From Candidatus Woesearchaeota archaeon (GTDB lineage: Archaea > Nanobdellota > Nanobdellia > Woesearchaeales > JAGVYF01), in assembly GCA_023264635.1 (NCBI GenBank), contig JAHFLT010000001.1, positions 35,307 to 99,306 on the forward strand: a stretch of 64,000 nucleotides of DNA, written 5' to 3'. This document shows positions 59,391 to 64,000 of this stretch, piece by piece. A model generated the notes under the pieces. It did not search any database and had not been told where the DNA came from. It was given only the letters and a program-made list of their open reading frames with translations. The position numbers and the translations under genes were made by a program. Every line of letters begins with the position of its first letter. Position 1 is the first letter of the stretch.

Positions 59391-59852
59391 ATGTCAAAGA
59401 AACTTCCAGGAGAAGACTTGGAGCTCATACTTGCTGAATATGACAGTCTCTTACTGGGTGATGTGTATGACATCGCTGTGAAACAAGAGGAACGTGGTAA
59501 TTCCGGATTAGCATTGAAGATATATGAATATGCTGTTAAGCGATTTAAGGTATCATGTAATGATACGACCTATGAAAGATATATGGGTGCTGTTATGTAT
59601 ACTGCACTTGGAAAGTTGTACTTTTTCAAAGAAGAGTATGATACTGCAGAAGTAGCATTATACAAAGCAGGCGAATTAAATGCGGGTAATCTTGAAGCCT
59701 TTTATTGGGAAGCGGAAATCTGTGCTGCCAAAGGGTTTATTGATAACGCAAAAACACTTTTTCGGCTTGTTCTCGAAAAAAGCAATAACAGTACGTTGAT
59801 AGCTCAAACACAACGTCGCTTAAATGATTTTGAAAAGAAAGTTATCAACTAA
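59391..59852 (+). CDS. TPR protein
   Basis: TPR-like helices. Confidence 0.65.
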   Translation: MSKKLPGEDLELILAEYDSLLLGDVYDIAVKQEERGNSGLALKIYEYAVKRFKVSCNDTTYERYMGAVMYTALGKLYFFKEEYDTAEVALYKAGELNAGNLEAFYWEAEICAAKGFIDNAKTLFRLVLEKSNNSTLIAQTQRRLNDFEKKVIN

Positions 59853-59866
59853 TGGAAAGTCATTGA

Positions 59867-61162
59867 CTAAGGCGTCTTCCTCAGCATCGTTCTCGGAAAT
59901 GGAATTGCATCCTTAATGTTGTCCAATCCGCATACCCATGCAATGACTCTTTCAACTCCAAGCCCGAATCCTCCATGCGGAACACTCCCATATTTCCTTG
60001 TGTCAAGATAAAATAGGTACTGATTTGGATCTTCTCCCTGTTCCCTCAGTCTTTTCTCTATTTGCGTGATATCTGATTCTCTTTCGCTGCCGCCAATGAT
60101 TTCACCATAACACTCCGGCGCAATAAAATCACATCCATGCACGACGGTAGGATTTTTTGAATCTTCCTTCATGTAAAATGCTTTGACTGCTTTGGGATAA
60201 TTTGTTACTATTATTGGCGTATCAAACATTTTTGAAAGCTCATCTTCCTCGATAGTCCTCAAATCTTTACCCCATTCTATTTCTATCTTGCATTTGTCTT
60301 TGAGTATATTGAGCACCTCATCATAAGTCATTCTAACAAAAGATTTTTTAACAGCAGACTCTAATTTTTTTATGTCCCTCTTTAGTATCCTGAGCTCATC
60401 CTGATTTTTCTCCAGCACTCTTCCGACTATGCATTTTAAAAGCCCTTCTCCATAATTTTGTATATCATCAAATGTAGCCCAGGCAGCTTCCATTTCTGCA
60501 TGCCAGTATTCTGTCAAATGTCTTGATGTTTTCGATTTCTCTGCCCTGAAACTTGGTGCAATAGTGTATATTTTTTCCAGTGCAAATATTGCTGGTTCTG
60601 CGTACAGCTGCCATGTCTGCGCCAGGAAAACATCTTTTTGACCAAAGTAATCCACTTTGAACAAAGTTGAACCACCTTCACATTGGACTGATTGGAATAG
60701 GGGAGAATGATATTCATAGAACCCATTCTCTCTGAAATAGTCGTGTATTGCACCAAAAACAGTGCTTCTTATCTTAAGTATTGCCGTCATCTTTCTGCTT
60801 CTTAACCATAGATGTCTCATATCTGCCAAAAATTCAATTGATTGGTCCTTTGTAATGGGAAACTCGTGACTTTCACCTATTATTTCTAAATCAGTAATAT
60901 CAATCTCATACTCAGAAGGCGCACGTTTTTCTGGTCGAATTGTGCCATGCACGATGACGCTTGCTTCAATAGTGGCACGTTGTATTGCATCCTCCCAAAG
61001 CCTTTGCGGCACTTTATCTTTCTCGACAATGCATTGGATTATATTGGTACTGTCTCTTACGATGATGAATGCAAACTGATTGCTCTTCCTTTCCCGGTGA
61101 ACCCAACCGCGAATAGAGACTTGACCAGTTCCTTGCTCCATCGCTTCTTTAATAGACATCAT
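59867..61162 (-). CDS. asnS: Asparagine--tRNA ligase
   Basis: RHLWLR, FRAE..RHLTE, GEIIGGSERE, YGSVPHGGFGLG. Confidence 0.92.
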   Translation of the reverse strand: MMSIKEAMEQGTGQVSIRGWVHRERKSNQFAFIIVRDSTNIIQCIVEKDKVPQRLWEDAIQRATIEASVIVHGTIRPEKRAPSEYEIDITDLEIIGESHEFPITKDQSIEFLADMRHLWLRSRKMTAILKIRSTVFGAIHDYFRENGFYEYHSPLFQSVQCEGGSTLFKVDYFGQKDVFLAQTWQLYAEPAIFALEKIYTIAPSFRAEKSKTSRHLTEYWHAEMEAAWATFDDIQNYGEGLLKCIVGRVLEKNQDELRILKRDIKKLESAVKKSFVRMTYDEVLNILKDKCKIEIEWGKDLRTIEEDELSKMFDTPIIVTNYPKAVKAFYMKEDSKNPTVVHGCDFIAPECYGEIIGGSERESDITQIEKRLREQGEDPNQYLFYLDTRKYGSVPHGGFGLGVERVIAWVCGLDNIKDAIPFPRTMLRKTP

Positions 61163-61196
61163 GTTACAGCGGAAGTGCTACTGCGGTTTATAAAAT

Positions 61197-61589
61197 TTAG
61201 CTGCGTGTATAACAGGAACTCTTTTTTGTCATCTTATAATCCATAACAGCATTTATCAGAAGGACACCAGCTCCACCATATAACATGGGAGAATATTCAC
61301 CTATATACCGTGCACTAAAAACAGAAAACGATGCAAGCAACCCTACAAAGAGATATCTTTTCTTACCATGCTTTCGTGCATTGACATAAAGTCCAGCTAT
61401 ACCTATACCAAGTAAAAGTAGTGTGAGCCATTTTAGTAGTGTGAAATTGACAAGAAATCCCAATCCAATGGCAGAGAATAATGCGCCTACTGCTGGAACG
61501 CAGGCAGGACAGGCTACGCTAAAGAAAGACCCTAAACTGCTCCCTATTCCACCAACACCACTATATAAAAAAGTAAGCTTTTCTTTCAT
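61197..61589 (-). CDS. MerC-like heavy-metal transporter
   Basis: CPAC in the first TM region, four TMs, terminal Cys. Confidence 0.72.
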   Translation of the reverse strand: MKEKLTFLYSGVGGIGSSLGSFFSVACPACVPAVGALFSAIGLGFLVNFTLLKWLTLLLLGIGIAGLYVNARKHGKKRYLFVGLLASFSVFSARYIGEYSPMLYGGAGVLLINAVMDYKMTKKSSCYTRS

Positions 61590-61777
61590 TGGTTGTTACC
61601 TCCATGTGCTGTCGGACATTTTCTGTCTCCATAATCGCAAAAGACACAACAACTCTTTTGTGCTGCAATGATTTTTTTGCATCCTTCGCAACGATAAAAT
61701 GCCTGACAACTTGATGTTGGTGTCTCCATTTTCTGTTTATGCCCACATTCAGGACAGGTTATTTTACCAGTAGTCAT
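61586..61777 (-). CDS. GDCCVxC-family Cys-rich protein
   Basis: ITCPECGH..CCVFCDYGD..CP. Confidence 0.85.
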   Translation of the reverse strand: MTTGKITCPECGHKQKMETPTSSCQAFYRCEGCKKIIAAQKSCCVFCDYGDRKCPTAHGGNNQ

Positions 61778-61795
61778 ACTACGTCTCCTTGATTT

Positions 61796-62158
61796 TTACT
61801 CATATTGCTCAGCCCATTGACTTAGTGGGATAATCACACTATAGAGTGTGCTTCCTTTTTCGGTGAGAGAGTATTCGACACGCGGTGGTCTTTCCATGAA
61901 AACTGTCCGTTTGATGAGATACTGCTTTCCAAGTTCATTTAACCTTTCGGATAACATCTTAGGACTAATGCCTTCAACTTTGTCCAAAATGCCATTAAAA
62001 CGGAGTGTAGTAAAGTTACCAATCGTTACTAAAATTGATAATGTCCATTTTTTGCTAAGGAATGCTGTTGCGCATTCCAATGGGCGTGGACAATAACCTT
62101 TCCCTTTCATCTTGCAGCCTTGCGGCAAAACCTCTTTTGTTGTTGTTTTACTTACCAT
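61796..62158 (-). CDS. HxlR-family transcriptional regulator
   Basis: KKW, ISPKMLSERL, PPRVEYSLT. Confidence 0.9.
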   Translation of the reverse strand: MVSKTTTKEVLPQGCKMKGKGYCPRPLECATAFLSKKWTLSILVTIGNFTTLRFNGILDKVEGISPKMLSERLNELGKQYLIKRTVFMERPPRVEYSLTEKGSTLYSVIIPLSQWAEQYE

Positions 62159-62241
62159 TTTGAAACTGTCTCCTTTAAATAATATGGATAATTTACTAAG
62201 TATATATTAGTAAGTATTAAAATCTTTCGGAGGTGAAAAAT

Positions 62242-62361
62242 ATGCCAAAAACAAAATCACGTTGTTGTGCAAGTGGAGTCTGTCCCTGTTGTCCATGCTG
62301 CATTTGCACGAAGAAATTAAGTCCACAAGCACGACAACTACTCAGTGAGGATAGAGAATAG
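62242..62361 (+). CDS. Metallothionein-like Cys-rich peptide (39 aa)
   Basis: MPKTKSRCCASGVCPCCPCCICTKKLSPQARQLLSEDRE; GGAGGTGA RBS; absent from ORF track. Confidence 0.65.
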   Translation: MPKTKSRCCASGVCPCCPCCICTKKLSPQARQLLSEDRE

Positions 62362-62453
62362 AGGAAAGAAAATTTTGGTTCCTCCGCTATAATTTCTTTT
62401 TTTCTCTTCTCTTAAAGAAAAACTTTAATAAGACGGCATCCCTCTTTTCTCTA

Positions 62454-62819
62454 ATGAACTTGCAAGATCTGGTGAAAATCACAGGGTTACCTGTTTTTAT
62501 TGCATCTTTATGTTGCTTAAGTTCAGTTATTTTAGTTTTATTTGGGTTAAGCACAGTGAGTTTTGCAGCGTCGCTTGCAGATACATTTTATGGTTCTTAC
62601 AGATGGCTCTTTCGCAGCGTAGGGCTGCTTTTGCTGGGTTTGAGTTTAGTAGTATACTTCCGTCAAAAGGGGATTTGTACACTAGACGAGGCGAAAAGAA
62701 GAAAAAAGATGATTATTAACACGATAATCATTAGTTTGATTACTGCTCTTGTTGGGTATCTGTTTTTTCTTTACGTTGTTGTGGAATATCTTGGTATCAT
62801 TTTTCATATCTGGGGGTGA
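62454..62819 (+). CDS. MerT/MerF-like heavy-metal transporter
   Basis: ASLCC in TM1, loop Cys, three TMs. Confidence 0.68.
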   Translation: MNLQDLVKITGLPVFIASLCCLSSVILVLFGLSTVSFAASLADTFYGSYRWLFRSVGLLLLGLSLVVYFRQKGICTLDEAKRRKKMIINTIIISLITALVGYLFFLYVVVEYLGIIFHIWG

Positions 62820-62823
62820 ATAC

Positions 62824-63887
62824 CTATCTGGTGGTGAAGATCACCTTCTTTGTGTACTCCCATGCAAGCTTCCACTTGGGCAATAAACCAACGATTTTGA
62901 ATAGATAGATTGTTCTCTTCAACCACCATGCAAAGAACCCGAAAAAAGTAAAACCATTTATTTCTCCCACACCACAGAATTGACCAGCAGAAAGCAAAAA
63001 TCCTCTGCACCGGAATGAAAAAGGCACAAGTGGTTTTCTCTCTACTACTCTGATAATATTTATTGCTACCACTCTTGCCTGTTGTTCAGCAGTTTGTGCA
63101 ATTTTTGGTGCAAAAGTTGCAGCACAATCTCCTAAGGAAAAGACATTTTCTGCAGTTTTTACACGTAAATTTTTGTCAACAAGAACCTCGCCACTGATGG
63201 TGGTGATAGACATATCTGTAGGTGGTAACTCTTGTTTTACTCCTGTACACCAAATAAGGTAATCCACTCCTTTGGGTGGCGTATCCCAATGGGCATTGAC
63301 TATTATGTTGATTTTTCTTTTTTTCAAACAGTTTTCTACACTGTGTCGAAAGTTGGAAGAGGCTGTTGGCAAAATTGTGGGAGCCCCTTGGTAAATGGTT
63401 ACCTGGAACTTATTGGCTAATTCAGCTGCTAATTCCACTCCAGTTGCACCACCACCTAAGATGCCGATATGTGCAGAATGCGGAAGTACAGCTAATTCTT
63501 TTCTGATGTGTAATGCATCAGCAAGTGATTTCAATGTCACTTTTCCCGTTTCCCGCGCTTTTGCACCTAATGCAATAACTAAAATATCATAAGATATTGT
63601 CTGATTTCGCAGAGTAACTGTTTTGTTTTTTAGAGAGATATTACCTATTGACTCCTGAATAAATACATAATTTGTGAGAGAGAGAGCAAGGTGTGTAATC
63701 CTACTTGTATTACTTCTGGATCAATAATGCCCACAGCAACTTCATGAAGCAATGGAGAAAAAATAAAGGTTGGCTGCTTAGCAATAAGCGTTAGTGTATG
63801 TTCGGGGTGTCTTTTTAGATATGGTTGTAATCTTTTTGCTGTGTACACTGCTCCAAAACCGCCACCGAGTATAACAACATGGACCAT
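62824..63887 (-). pseudogene. ndh: Type II NADH dehydrogenase-like flavoprotein, frameshifted in a (CT)n tract
   Basis: GGGFGA, PLLHEVA / YDILVIALG, GGGATGVE, AQTAEQQ; removing one CT unit at 63676-63686 joins the frames. Confidence 0.82.
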
Positions 63888-64000
63888 GGAATATATTTAG
63901 GGAAGAACTTTTCTGACAGTGATTAAAGAGTAATTGCTTATATAGCAAAGAAATAATTTTATAATTAAACAAAATATTTAAAAATAGGTAAAAGAAACAA

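Noticed and set aside
61586..61777. Selenocysteine in the GDCCVxC-family protein
   Set aside because: All positions are Cys codons; the only TGA is terminal and overlaps the next ATG
1..64000. CRISPR array, rRNA, integrase/provirus, reverse transcriptase, inteins
   Set aside because: No repeat-spacer periodicity or diagnostic motifs seen by eye

Overview
Chromosomal window of an AT-rich archaeon, most likely DPANN (Woesearchaeota-like). This is inferred from archaeal EF-1alpha/uS10/uS15, dph5, Bud32, Mre11, a translin-like gene, an MNT-HEPN fusion and BHB-intron tRNAs. The backbone is housekeeping (gatCAB, ftsZ, purQ/purL, glyS, asnS, tuf, xth, aconitase, acyl-CoA dehydrogenase, P-type ATPase, two soluble Lon-type proteases, an AAA+/vWA pair), with a small heavy-metal cluster at the right end. 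Most notable items read from the sequence: (1) an intact IS5-family (IS903-like) element plus five hairpin-rich MITEs forming a modular family with two interchangeable terminal-repeat types; (2) a separate class of ~50-bp TATAG...CTATA palindromic units occurring back-to-back; (3) a probable orphan DGR variable protein followed by a hairpin array; (4) a eukaryote-type PHPT1/Janus phosphohistidine-phosphatase homolog; (5) a tRNA-Phe with a non-canonical 44/45 intron; (6) an unannotated 39-aa metallothionein-like gene; (7) RING-type Zn-finger membrane proteins; (8) two frameshifted genes (ogt, ndh). No CRISPR array, rRNA or reverse transcriptase was seen. All family assignments are from motif recognition by eye; no searches were run.
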